DNA from: a virus
Taxonomy: Duplodnaviria; Caudoviricetes
IMG/VR virus record: IMGVR_UViG_3300020431_000008
Span: 1-64,000 of that record
Direction: 5' to 3' (one strand)
DNA: 64,000 bases
In this document: piece by piece, positions 53,796 to 64,000 of the stretch
How positions within the stretch are numbered: the first letter of the stretch is position 1
Layout: every line of letters begins with the position of its first letter
Program-made: the position numbers and the translations under genes
The notes under the pieces: model-generated
What the model saw: the letters and a program-made list of their open reading frames with translations, nothing else
What the model was told of the DNA's origin: nothing
Database searches by the model: none

Positions 53796-55363
53796 TAGTC
53801 TTCCAGTTTAACTACGGTTAAATCAACAGTAATCGTTGATGATACTGATTCATTATTTGTTATTGCAGAGTAGATTGTAGTCTCAGAAGGAACATTATTA
53901 TTCCATCCAATAACTCCAGGAGTCATTAAGAAACTGGTTGATCCAGTAGATACTGAACGAACTTCTGCAATCAATCCTGATCCTGGAGATGGATCCACTA
54001 AGTGAGATCTTGAAGAATCAGAAGTTCTAGATGCTGCATCAACATACAATCTTACCCAAGCAGCACTACTAATTCCAACTTTTAAAAGTCCATAAGATTT
54101 AAATCCACTTAGATCTAAATTAGTTGTAGCTCCAACTGATACAGATCCTGTAGTTGCTGATACTACAGATCTTGAACCAACAGCAGGTTCAGTTCTTGGT
54201 ACAATGTAAATTTTGCCACCCATGTTAGGATGAGCAGTACATTGATAATAGAGTTCATTTGGAGCATCAAACTGCACATCCCAAGTTAAAGTTCCATTAG
54301 ATACATCATTAACAGGAATTCCATCATTATACGGAGTTCCAGCTGATCCATTTGCAGTGCTCTGAATCCTAAATGGATGAGCATTCATATTATTGGTGAA
54401 TTTATATTGCTGTCCTCTTGTCAAATATATTGGAGGATCACTTTCTGCTCCAGTTAAACCAGGACCAGTAAATGTATAATTATTAACTCCATCAGCACCT
54501 AGAGTCCATTCAGAAGTATAAGTTGCAATGCCAGCAACTTCTGCAAATGCTGAACCACCACCGCCTCCGCCAGATGCAGTTACAGTTACAACACCAGCTG
54601 ATACAGGAGTTACATCTAAGTTTGTTGAGAAGTCAATTGTGCCAGCAGTTCCAACTACAGATCCATCATGTTTAATGATAATACCAGAACCTGATGCAGT
54701 GATACCAGTAATTCCTGAACCATCACCAATAAAAGTAGTAGCAGTGATAACACCAACAGTAATATTAGGAGAACCAGTCAATCCCTGAGCATTAGTAGCA
54801 ACTGTTGCTGTTGCAGAGTTTCCACTGCAAGACCCAGAGGATCCACTAGCATTACCTGTCACATTGCCAGTTACATTGCCAGTTACATTGCCAACAACTC
54901 CACCATTTGCATTAAGAACTCCAGTTGATGTAGTAACACCAGAGATTGATAAATTATTGCTATTAAGAGTTGTAGATATTAGTTCATTTACTGTAATATT
55001 TGGAGTTCCAGTCAGTCCCTGTGCATTAGTTGCAGTGTCTGAGTTACCAGTTACATTACCAATTACATTACCAATAAAGGATGTTGCAGTGACAACTCCA
55101 GTTACAATTACAGTGTCTGACTTGATATTCGCAGTTTGTGCAATACCAGTATTATTGACAGTTACATCTCCAGAAGAATTGCTGATTGAGATGCCACTTC
55201 CAGCAATAATAGAATTAACAACACCTGATGATAAATTATTTCCATCCCCAAGAAGAGTGTAAATTTCATCAAAATTACTAATGATCTTTTCCGCACCAGA
55301 TAACAGAGTATCACCTGCACCATCATTAGGTGTAGTACCTGTGCTTATACCTTGCTTTGCCAT
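53795..55363 (-). CDS. gp9/gp10-like baseplate or fibre protein containing a cupredoxin-like domain
   Basis: N-terminal KQGISTG..PNDG.GDTL..G..KI..NFDEIY; VTGN repeats; HPF...LYYQCTAHPNMGG. Confidence 0.8.
   Translation of the reverse strand: MAKQGISTGTTPNDGAGDTLLSGAEKIISNFDEIYTLLGDGNNLSSGVVNSIIAGSGISISNSSGDVTVNNTGIAQTANIKSDTVIVTGVVTATSFIGNVIGNVTGNSDTATNAQGLTGTPNITVNELISTTLNSNNLSISGVTTSTGVLNANGGVVGNVTGNVTGNVTGNASGSSGSCSGNSATATVATNAQGLTGSPNITVGVITATTFIGDGSGITGITASGSGIIIKHDGSVVGTAGTIDFSTNLDVTPVSAGVVTVTASGGGGGGSAFAEVAGIATYTSEWTLGADGVNNYTFTGPGLTGAESDPPIYLTRGQQYKFTNNMNAHPFRIQSTANGSAGTPYNDGIPVNDVSNGTLTWDVQFDAPNELYYQCTAHPNMGGKIYIVPRTEPAVGSRSVVSATTGSVSVGATTNLDLSGFKSYGLLKVGISSAAWVRLYVDAASRTSDSSRSHLVDPSPGSGLIAEVRSVSTGSTSFLMTPGVIGWNNNVPSETTIYSAITNNESVSSTITVDLTVVKLED
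54851..54892. repeat. Tandem 12-bp coding repeat (VTGN)n
   Basis: ACATTGCCAGTT repeated about three times, encoding VVGNVTGNVTGNVTGNA. Confidence 0.8.
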
Positions 55364-55388
55364 GTGCAGAAGATTTTAAAAGTATTTA

Positions 55389-58300
55389 TTAAGTATAATT
55401 GTTATATTTTAGAGAAGCTGATCTAGTTACCAGAGAACCTGTTGACAGTCCTGATATTCCCCTATTGTTATATGAGTTAAACAGATTGTTGCCAGATCTA
55501 TTAGAAACATTGATTTTACCCCAACTAAACTCACCAAAACTGAAGTTAGAACTAATACCACCTTGATAAACAGAAATTATTCTGCTATCAAATGTATAGT
55601 CAATACTATCAAATGTAATATTAGTTGTACCAAAAGTTACAGTACTGATTCCCCCAACATTGGTTATAATTCTTCTAATAGCAGTCATTCCTACTCCAAG
55701 AACATCAACTTGTAGTATTTGTGCTGATTCAACTTGGTAGGTACAGTCAATAAATTGTGTTGTGATACCAAGAATAGATTGATCATTATATTGACTGATG
55801 ACATCATTACCTACAAAAGGAACAACACTCAGATTAGAATTAAAAATAGTAAAGAAATCACCAGTGCCAATACCACTGACTGTAATGCCAGATCCAACAT
55901 AATTAGGATCTCTCATAAATGAATCTTTATCAATAAAGAAGTCCAAGATAAATTTCTGAGAATTCCCAACAGTAGTAATACCAAAACCAACAACTGAACC
56001 ATAGTCACCCGAATAGGAAGATACAGTCATTTCTTCTTTAGATAAGACAGGAGGTTCTATAAGAACAACAGGAAGATTTGTTGATGTATATCCTGTTCCT
56101 GCTTCAGATATATTGAATGAAGTTACATGTCCATTTGTTACAATTGCACTTGCTAAAGCATTTGTTCCAATTCCAGAGGAAATGGAGACATTTGCAGTAG
56201 AAGATGTATAACCAGCACCTGCATTAGAAATATTCAAAGCAGTGATTGAACCACCTGCAGATACTATTGCTGTTGCACTTGCTCCTACTTTTGCATCTTG
56301 TGATACAATTTGAATTGCATTCTGAAATGCCTTGTTAGCAGCTTCATTATTGGAGTTAAAGAAAGGTCTTACATTATCAACATAAGCAATTGTTGTGCTT
56401 ACACCAAATGATTGAATCAAATATGATGCAGGATAAATTTGTGGTTCATATTCAATTCTATCCTTGCCGATATATTTTCCATTGATAAATTTATCAACAG
56501 ATTGCTTACACCAAGTAACAGGTCTAAGTATAGATTGGTCACTAGTGACTCCAGGACCAGGATAGTTATTTGTTTCAGTAGAATCAAGGGTATTGATACC
56601 TGTAACTGTTCTTGAATTTTGATTTAATGTAATTGGTTGACCTAAATCTGGATTATTATCAATATCTAATAGATCACCAATCTTAATAGTCTCCAAAACA
56701 TCTGTAAAGATAACATCTACACTACCAGAACCTTTGTAGAAAATAATTTTAGAAGTATCACTACTATTTTCAACATCAGTTAATCCTGATTTAGGTGCTT
56801 CAGCAAATGTGATCACACTACCACCTTCAAACTGATATGCAACACCAGGTTGCTGGAGGATATCATTGATGAATACTAATAGGGTCTTATCCACTTCAAT
56901 GTTTGAACCAGCTTGGGATCTGATTGAAATTGGTTGACCATTAATAGTAAGTTTAAATGACTTTTGAGTTCCATCAAACTGACTATCTAGTGCATCAAAT
57001 ACTTCAAACTCTCCAACACTCCAACCATTAAACTGATCACTGTAAATATCCTCAATTGTAATTTGGAACTCTTCAAATGGCAAACTAGAATTGACTGGAA
57101 TACCATTGAGTCCACCAACAGGAACAGTTAAAATCTGTCCAGGTCCAAAAGCATAACCTGAGTTTCTAAGTTCAAAATTAATAATACTTGATCCTTGACC
57201 TACAACAATATCAACTGTTGCACTCTGTCCAATTCCTGCAGGACTAGAAGCAGAATACTCAAGTGGAATATCTATGTAACTCAAAGGTGAATCAAATACT
57301 ACAACAGGTGTATTGGATGATGTATAACCAGAACCAGGATTAGTGATATTGATACTTACAATATGACCACCTTGAATAGTTGCTGTTCCAATATTCTCAA
57401 TTGAAGGAATGACTCCATTGAATGTCTGAACACCAACATTAACAATTTGAGAACCTGACCTGTATCCAGAACCACTATTGCCAATGCTGACAGAAGAGAT
57501 AGTACCAACACCAGATATAGTTGCTGTTCCTGCAGCAGATACTAATGGTTGGTATCCATTTCCTTCTGTTGATCCAACAGAAATAATCAGTCCTCCTGCT
57601 GGGAACTTAGACTTGTTGGGATCATAACCTTCTGGTGTTCCAGAACCATTATATCTGATTGAAGTAATTCCACTATCTTCAATAATCTGATAATCACCTT
57701 GAGTTGCTTGAATACCTTGTGGAGACTGGTATATGTTATTTGTAAGAATAACAGTATCATAAGAAATTCCAGAAAGATCAGAACCAGAAGATTGAAGTGT
57801 AAAAATACTACTTACTCCAGTGAAACTGCTAGAGAAGTCATCAAAGACATTATTAAGATGATATGTTTCTAGAGTTGTGCCTGAACCAGCACGCTTCATA
57901 AAGGTTCTACCCTGGAATGAAGAACTGGATGTGATACCAGTCCAATCTCTCTCATCTGGAGGATTAGTTGTTGAACTTAGTGGAATATTGCCGTAAGGAG
58001 GAGAAGAGAAAATAATTGAATTTCCTACAATATTATAATTACCAGAATACTTGGTGATTGTTGCTCCAGCAAGATGGTTTGTTAGTTTAGTCCCTAATTC
58101 TGGTCTAGTTACTAAAAGGTTACTGGCAACACCAAAAGTTCCAACTGATTGAACAATCATAAATTCATCATCAATCTTAATAATATCACCAGAGGCAAAA
58201 GAAGAAACTCCCACAGTATCCAAAACTAAATCAAACAAAATATTTTGATTAAGTATAGTTGTAATTTTAGTTGAAGCAACTGGTGCCTGAATCATATTAT

Positions 58301-61300
58301 CAACAGCAAGTAGTGCTTTTGCGTTTGCATTCTTAGCAGTGATTGTATGTGATGCCCCTATGCCAACAGAATTAAGAATAAGAGTAGATGGAGGAACAGA
58401 AAGAGCATCTTCTGCAGTAGCAGCAAATCTCAATTTACTTTCATCAAGCTTAACCAAGAAGACCTCTTCTGGAAGTAAGTCAGTTGAACCAATGCCAGGA
58501 ATGACAGCAGTGACAATGCCAATACCAGATGTATGACCCACCCCTGGTGCTCCATATGTAACACTCTCACCACTTACAAAGAAGTGATTGGGGATTTGAA
58601 TAAAGTCATTTTGCAGGTCAACAACAGTTGAACTTGATCCATCAAATATTCTTCTGAAAATTGGGTTTCCTTTATGATTAAGTTCAAATGATTTCTTAAG
58701 ACTTAGTTTTGTGCCTGAATAAGTGTCATTATTTGTATTAATAATAACATTGTTAAGATCAATATCTGTTGGATTTGCATTTTCAGTAGTAATCTGCAAT
58801 TGATTGAAATATGCCCTAACCTCAACTGCTTTGTTAGCAACTGGAGTATAAACAATATCAAGACCATCAGTAATTTTACTTATTCCAACAGTTCCAATGC
58901 CTGATCCTGTTGATGTATTTGCATATTCAACACAAAATTCATTAGATGATGAATTGATGGCAGCAAATTCAAACATCTCATACTCACTATCAGTGGTATT
59001 CTCTACAACAACAATGCAGTATGTTGCCTCATAAGGTGTTATATAAGATGAAATTACATTAGTTGTTGGTGAAGCTGAAGCAGAGATTGATGAATAAGAA
59101 GAACCTACTCTAGTAACGTCTAAGTCAAAAGAACCAGTAGAAGTTCCATTGTCAGAGATTGCCATAACAGCAGAGTTACAATGAAGTGTCTTTGTAGTAT
59201 TACTGTGGAATTCAACAATAATATTTCCACCACTAATTCTTGCACCAAATGTGCCTATTCCTGAACTATAAGTATTTTCCGACTCATTGATGCTTCCGTA
59301 CTCTAGAAGCGAGACATCTGTGCCATCATGTATGATGTTAAGTTCAGTTGAGTAGAAAGTATCTGTAGGAACCTCTTCAACCATTGAGAGGACCTTAAGT
59401 GCTCTATATGTGGTTCCTACAGAAACAAGTGTGCCTGTGGAACTTGGGGGTATAATAGATCTTTGGCTGAATACACTAGATACATCACCATAACTTCTAG
59501 TCCCAGTAGTAGTCTTATCATCTAAGATACTAAAAGCAACAGATGACACATCATATGAGTTTACTTCAAACTTGACTGGGAAGAATGTAAGATCCCATCC
59601 ACCAGCAGTAGCAATATAATCAAAATACCCTAGGTATGGGTAAGTCTCAAGAGTTGCATATTGATTAATATATCCAATATTGTCATTCTGAATTATAGAG
59701 ACAATAGAGAATTGCCTTTCATCAGTAAATACTTGATCTCTTGCAAGAGTTACAATTTTATTGTAGGTATAGTTTGATTCAAATGATGCAATTGATTCAT
59801 AGGGTTCTGCTCTCTCATTGCTATTAAATTTAGTAGAAACATCATCAATACTCAAAACTCTATTACCAACAGACTGAAAGTAATCTGATAGAATTCTATT
59901 ATCAAAGATAATCTCATTTGAGAATTCTTTACCATTTACAACAAAACTTGTTTCAGTTACATTATCATAATCATAGAAACAGTTTAGATCACCCTTTCCA
60001 ATAATATCTACAACTGTCTCAATATTAGAATCAATTGCATTGACAGGAACTGATGCCTGTCCAACAGGTGCTGCAGCACTCTCAATTTCAAAATCAGCAA
60101 ATCTCTTAAATCCTGCAGTGTGATTCAATGCTCCAACTGCATTATTCCAACTATTAAAATCAACATTAGACTTTAGTGAATATGAGAAATTTTGGTAGTA
60201 CTCATTATTGGGAATTCTTTGCAGATTGTCATTAAGGAATCCAGTATTTCTATTCCAACCATTGACGATAGTTGTGCCAGCACCTGTTTCAATTTCTGCT
60301 TTGAAATCATATTTGGTTCTAACAATACCTTGAGTATTTGAAGTGAGACCTCTAATATTCTCACCAAGATTAAATTCAAATGGTGTAGATACTTTGAGGA
60401 TTTCTGTATTTTTATTCCAACTCTCTACAGTTCCATTACGCTCCCCATTAGTTACTTGCTCATCTAGGAAATAATCATTTTTCTTAAGAACTACATCAAA
60501 GATTGGGAACTGTGAAACTGGTACAATTCTTCCCCTTATAGGTGTAGTAACATTTCCAGGTTCTTGAGTGCCACTAATGACCTCAGACATATCATAATCA
60601 ATAAATGAACCAGTACCACCAAGATTTGTCTGAATCCCAATTACAGGGAAATATGCATAATTATATTGTGAAGAGTTATAACCAGTTCCTGTAGTTCCAA
60701 CACCTACATTAATTCCTTCAACAAAAATGTCTTCTCCAACAACAAAAGGGAAGTCCTCTTCATCGCTGAATATTGTATTGAAGAATACCCTCACATTCTT
60801 GTTGGAATTGGTATAAACTATTGAATTGATTCCTATGCCATTAGTATTATTGGTTGGTACAATTCTAGGCAATGTCTCATATAAACCAGTTGAATTTTTG
60901 ATAATCGAAACTTGATTATCACCAAGAGTATATGTAATTTTAATATCTTCGTTGATCTTATTAGTATATCCATCAATTACTACCAAATCAGGTGCTAAGA
61001 GATAGTTGATACCATTTGATGTAATTCCAATTCTTTCAATTGAATTGAGTGATTCAATTTCAAGAATTTCAGGAAGATTTGCCACTACTCTCAAAGTATT
61101 ATCATGAGGATAATCAAAACCAATATTATTGGATGAATATTTGTAATTTAAAATCTGACCAATATTCTTACTCTCAGGATAAAGAATAGCATCAGTTCCA
61201 AAACCGCTTCTTACTGTAGTAATTCCAGGAAGACTTCTATATCCTGACCCAGAATTGCTAATCTCTACATCAGAAATAGCACCATATGCGGTAAGAGAAT

Positions 61301-64000
61301 CAGTATCATATAAAGGTAATGCATTAGTTCTATCATATGAAAGAATATCAGGAACTTTATTGATATTATAAGTGAATGATATTGTTCCTATTCCAGAAAC
61401 TTTTTGTAAACCATCATAATCAGTAGGAACCAGATTGATTTGATTATATGAGGATACCTCACTGTCAATGATCATCTCTCTATTGACTAGAGGAGAGAAT
61501 GTAGTGTTTGTATTGCTGAATGAGTACCAAAGAACTGAAGGGACATAATCAGAAACAAACAAAGTTAAGTTTGCTGTTGCATCTACTCCAGGTTGACCAC
61601 TTTTTGTAACTTCAAACTTGTTATCCTTTCCTGAGGTAAGATAAAGTGACCTATAAAAAGAATCAGAATATATGTTTAAATCAAATGCAGAATATCTATT
61701 GCTGTTAGACACAAAAGACAGTGATGAATCTGAAAGGTCAAACTTAAGAGTACTATTTTTGCTTACATTGATGAGGGGGTTAATTTTAGAAAGAGTGCCA
61801 GCAGAAGATGTCTTGATGTTTACAAATCTAGGTTCAACCTGATTGATCTCTGATCTTTCTTCTACAAGTTTAATCCTTACAGGTGTGTGAACAACAACAT
61901 AGTAGATACCTTCATTTACTAAACCACCAGAAGGAGTTGATGATGTATAAATGACTTTATCACCAGTCTTGAATGGGTTGTTGTTGAAAAGTATGGAATC
62001 ATCAAAAGTTGAAATATCTCCAGATACAAATGATTTTGGATTAAATACTATCCTTCTATTGAATTCATCATACTTTACAGTTACAACTACTTCATTACTT
62101 GGTTTAAGATCAATATTAACTTCATCTCCAACAAATAGACCATGTGTTGATGCTGTAGATACTGTGACTACATTCTTTTGTATTTGACCAGTAACAACAT
62201 CATTACGTCTTGTTCTAAGGTTATGGTAAACTCCTGTTCCAACATTGGTGAAGTAGAGAAGTCCATTAGTGTCATTTACACCAATATATCTACCAGTTAT
62301 AGTAGAAAATCCAACTCTATTAGTTGAAAGTCCCACAAATCTATTTGAGATACGAACAGCATAGAATGTTCCTAAACCTGAAAGTGGTACAGTACTTGAT
62401 GCTCCTACAGCACCGTTCCAAGTATTGATAGAGTCACCACCATTGGTAGAATACTCCACAATCTCATTCATCAAAAGACCATGGTTTGGATAGTATATTG
62501 ATTGTGGTGGGATTGACACAACCGAAGCACCTGCTCCTGGATTAGAGAATGTGACTGTTGTTTCATTTCCTGTTCCCAATGCTGTTCCAAGTCCCAATGC
62601 TTCAGCAGGATTGAAATACAATACACTATTAAGTCTCAGTGTCTGTGTAGTTCTCGCAATACCAGAATTAATAGTAAATTTTCTTGGATCTTTGAAGATC
62701 TTAGTTAACACATTATGAGAAGTTCCAATAGTGCCAGACTGCTCTCTCAGAACTTGAATTCTTTGATTTCTTCTGTCAAGAGTGAGAACTCTGACCTTCT
62801 CACCACCAACTTCCATAATATCATCAGGTCTAACATATGGATATTGAATAGCGCCACCCACATCAAAATAGGTTGTCATTCCTGTTACAGAAGTATCTCC
62901 CACACCAGTAAGAAGGACAAATGAACCAGTGCTTATACCAATTTGATAGTTGCCATCTAATCCATCATAATATCTAGATAGACCAGAAATATTGACAAGA
63001 TCACCATCAGATAATTTATGAGGATCTGAACTATATCCAACAAACTGTCCTCTTGATTCATATGGAATGAACTCAATATCATAGACTTCTGTTGACGCTG
63101 CACTTACAGAACTTACTTTTTTGCCAAGTACTCTTTCTACCCTACCTGCAGCATTGTTTCCTCCAGTGAAAGAGTTGTCAAAAACAAGTTGATCATTTAC
63201 TCTATAATCTTTACCTCCAGTAAAGATTCCAACACCTTGAATACCACCAGCAGATGCTGATATAATATCAATTTTCTGCTTCTTGTATGTATTTGAGTTG
63301 AAAATATAATCATAACCACTCAATGAATTATTCATATGATATGGAGTGGTATTTCTAAACCAACCATCTTTTTCAATATTAAAATCTACATGATTAGAAG
63401 AAGAGGAGAAGTTGAATTTATTTGGATCAGAATTAAATGTATTGCCAATTACATATGGAAATACTGGTCTTCTATAGTTTTTGAAAGATCCAGAAGTATC
63501 TGAAGTTTCTCTGATGGTAGTGAAGTAAGCGTATGTTCCTTCTGGATAATCAGGTGTAACGCAGTATCTTCCATTATTCTTATCTAAATCACCAGTTGCT
63601 TTGAATACAAAGTCTTCAACAAAGAACCCATCTGTATATTGTGAAATAGGTGGTCTGTTTGTGCTATTCAGAGCAATCTCATAACCAGATATCATTCTCT
63701 TAATAGATCCGCCAGAAGCAGAACTAAATCCATATGGTCCATAGATTGGGTGACCATCATATGCCCAACCAAGAATTGGAGAGTGTTTTACAGAAGTAAC
63801 TTCAATATCGTTCTCTTTCTTCAGATCACTCTCTGTGTAAATTGTATTGCCATTGGCATCAATTGCATATGTGCTTTCTCTCAGATATCTGGATGGATAT
63901 AGATGTGAATATTCTAGTGTTTTGCCACTAATTGAAGTATCAACTATGCCATCATCTCCTAAAATATTAGGAAGATTTCTAGCAAATAGATTAATAGTCC
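55389..64000 (-). CDS. gp7: Giant baseplate wedge protein gp7-like (over 2870 aa, N-terminus beyond right edge)
   Basis: Frame stays open from 63695 to the edge (manual: ...HSPILGWAYDGHPIYGPYG...); LDKNNGRYCVTPDYPEGTYAYF (YHYH-type); YYQNFSYSLKS...LNHTAGFKRF; upstream of gp8. Confidence 0.88.
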   Translation of the reverse strand, partial: TINLFARNLPNILGDDGIVDTSISGKTLEYSHLYPSRYLRESTYAIDANGNTIYTESDLKKENDIEVTSVKHSPILGWAYDGHPIYGPYGFSSASGGSIKRMISGYEIALNSTNRPPISQYTDGFFVEDFVFKATGDLDKNNGRYCVTPDYPEGTYAYFTTIRETSDTSGSFKNYRRPVFPYVIGNTFNSDPNKFNFSSSSNHVDFNIEKDGWFRNTTPYHMNNSLSGYDYIFNSNTYKKQKIDIISASAGGIQGVGIFTGGKDYRVNDQLVFDNSFTGGNNAAGRVERVLGKKVSSVSAASTEVYDIEFIPYESRGQFVGYSSDPHKLSDGDLVNISGLSRYYDGLDGNYQIGISTGSFVLLTGVGDTSVTGMTTYFDVGGAIQYPYVRPDDIMEVGGEKVRVLTLDRRNQRIQVLREQSGTIGTSHNVLTKIFKDPRKFTINSGIARTTQTLRLNSVLYFNPAEALGLGTALGTGNETTVTFSNPGAGASVVSIPPQSIYYPNHGLLMNEIVEYSTNGGDSINTWNGAVGASSTVPLSGLGTFYAVRISNRFVGLSTNRVGFSTITGRYIGVNDTNGLLYFTNVGTGVYHNLRTRRNDVVTGQIQKNVVTVSTASTHGLFVGDEVNIDLKPSNEVVVTVKYDEFNRRIVFNPKSFVSGDISTFDDSILFNNNPFKTGDKVIYTSSTPSGGLVNEGIYYVVVHTPVRIKLVEERSEINQVEPRFVNIKTSSAGTLSKINPLINVSKNSTLKFDLSDSSLSFVSNSNRYSAFDLNIYSDSFYRSLYLTSGKDNKFEVTKSGQPGVDATANLTLFVSDYVPSVLWYSFSNTNTTFSPLVNREMIIDSEVSSYNQINLVPTDYDGLQKVSGIGTISFTYNINKVPDILSYDRTNALPLYDTDSLTAYGAISDVEISNSGSGYRSLPGITTVRSGFGTDAILYPESKNIGQILNYKYSSNNIGFDYPHDNTLRVVANLPEILEIESLNSIERIGITSNGINYLLAPDLVVIDGYTNKINEDIKITYTLGDNQVSIIKNSTGLYETLPRIVPTNNTNGIGINSIVYTNSNKNVRVFFNTIFSDEEDFPFVVGEDIFVEGINVGVGTTGTGYNSSQYNYAYFPVIGIQTNLGGTGSFIDYDMSEVISGTQEPGNVTTPIRGRIVPVSQFPIFDVVLKKNDYFLDEQVTNGERNGTVESWNKNTEILKVSTPFEFNLGENIRGLTSNTQGIVRTKYDFKAEIETGAGTTIVNGWNRNTGFLNDNLQRIPNNEYYQNFSYSLKSNVDFNSWNNAVGALNHTAGFKRFADFEIESAAAPVGQASVPVNAIDSNIETVVDIIGKGDLNCFYDYDNVTETSFVVNGKEFSNEIIFDNRILSDYFQSVGNRVLSIDDVSTKFNSNERAEPYESIASFESNYTYNKIVTLARDQVFTDERQFSIVSIIQNDNIGYINQYATLETYPYLGYFDYIATAGGWDLTFFPVKFEVNSYDVSSVAFSILDDKTTTGTRSYGDVSSVFSQRSIIPPSSTGTLVSVGTTYRALKVLSMVEEVPTDTFYSTELNIIHDGTDVSLLEYGSINESENTYSSGIGTFGARISGGNIIVEFHSNTTKTLHCNSAVMAISDNGTSTGSFDLDVTRVGSSYSSISASASPTTNVISSYITPYEATYCIVVVENTTDSEYEMFEFAAINSSSNEFCVEYANTSTGSGIGTVGISKITDGLDIVYTPVANKAVEVRAYFNQLQITTENANPTDIDLNNVIINTNNDTYSGTKLSLKKSFELNHKGNPIFRRIFDGSSSTVVDLQNDFIQIPNHFFVSGESVTYGAPGVGHTSGIGIVTAVIPGIGSTDLLPEEVFLVKLDESKLRFAATAEDALSVPPSTLILNSVGIGASHTITAKNANAKALLAVDNMIQAPVASTKITTILNQNILFDLVLDTVGVSSFASGDIIKIDDEFMIVQSVGTFGVASNLLVTRPELGTKLTNHLAGATITKYSGNYNIVGNSIIFSSPPYGNIPLSSTTNPPDERDWTGITSSSSFQGRTFMKRAGSGTTLETYHLNNVFDDFSSSFTGVSSIFTLQSSGSDLSGISYDTVILTNNIYQSPQGIQATQGDYQIIEDSGITSIRYNGSGTPEGYDPNKSKFPAGGLIISVGSTEGNGYQPLVSAAGTATISGVGTISSVSIGNSGSGYRSGSQIVNVGVQTFNGVIPSIENIGTATIQGGHIVSINITNPGSGYTSSNTPVVVFDSPLSYIDIPLEYSASSPAGIGQSATVDIVVGQGSSIINFELRNSGYAFGPGQILTVPVGGLNGIPVNSSLPFEEFQITIEDIYSDQFNGWSVGEFEVFDALDSQFDGTQKSFKLTINGQPISIRSQAGSNIEVDKTLLVFINDILQQPGVAYQFEGGSVITFAEAPKSGLTDVENSSDTSKIIFYKGSGSVDVIFTDVLETIKIGDLLDIDNNPDLGQPITLNQNSRTVTGINTLDSTETNNYPGPGVTSDQSILRPVTWCKQSVDKFINGKYIGKDRIEYEPQIYPASYLIQSFGVSTTIAYVDNVRPFFNSNNEAANKAFQNAIQIVSQDAKVGASATAIVSAGGSITALNISNAGAGYTSSTANVSISSGIGTNALASAIVTNGHVTSFNISEAGTGYTSTNLPVVLIEPPVLSKEEMTVSSYSGDYGSVVGFGITTVGNSQKFILDFFIDKDSFMRDPNYVGSGITVSGIGTGDFFTIFNSNLSVVPFVGNDVISQYNDQSILGITTQFIDCTYQVESAQILQVDVLGVGMTAIRRIITNVGGISTVTFGTTNITFDSIDYTFDSRIISVYQGGISSNFSFGEFSWGKINVSNRSGNNLFNSYNNRGISGLSTGSLVTRSASLKYNNYT

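Noticed and set aside
54200-54500. Plastocyanin (petE) auxiliary gene
   Set aside because: The copper motif is an internal domain of a 522-aa structural protein with no thylakoid signal peptide.
1-64000. tRNA, rRNA, transposase or integrase genes
   Set aside because: No intergenic gap shows a cloverleaf or T-loop motif, and no ORF shows DDE or recombinase motifs; checked by eye only, so tRNAscan-SE would be decisive.

Overview
This window is a core segment of a T4-like cyanomyovirus genome (host probably Synechococcus/Prochlorococcus, inferred from gene set and order). Every credible gene is on the - strand. In transcription order (right to left): baseplate/tail (partial giant gp7, a gp9/10-like fibre with a cupredoxin domain, an S8 protease, gp8, a 2517-aa VrlC-like protein); neck (gp13, gp14, gp15) and gp16; a ~7.5 kb variable cassette between gp16 and gp17; gp17-gp23; gp3, uvsY, uvsW, gp55, gp47, gp46; a VWA/MoxR-AAA ('cobT/cobS') pair; gp45, a DenV-like glycosylase, purC, gp44, dam, gp62, regA, hsp20; then the DNA polymerase. 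The most striking feature is that gp43 stops cleanly after 486 aa. It has the exonuclease and motif A but no motif B or C, and is followed by two coupled small ORFs and purM. This looks like a split two-subunit polymerase with a gene island inside it; the second half is not in this window. Other leads: two compact structured RNA-like units flanking hsp20 with near-identical late-promoter starts, two unannotated micropeptides under a palindrome cluster, a bidirectional sigma70 promoter at gp55, a candidate gp21-processed polyprotein, and a protease plus copper-site cassette between gp7 and gp8. I saw no tRNA, rRNA, CRISPR array, intein or transposase. All calls come from motif recognition by eye; no searches were run.
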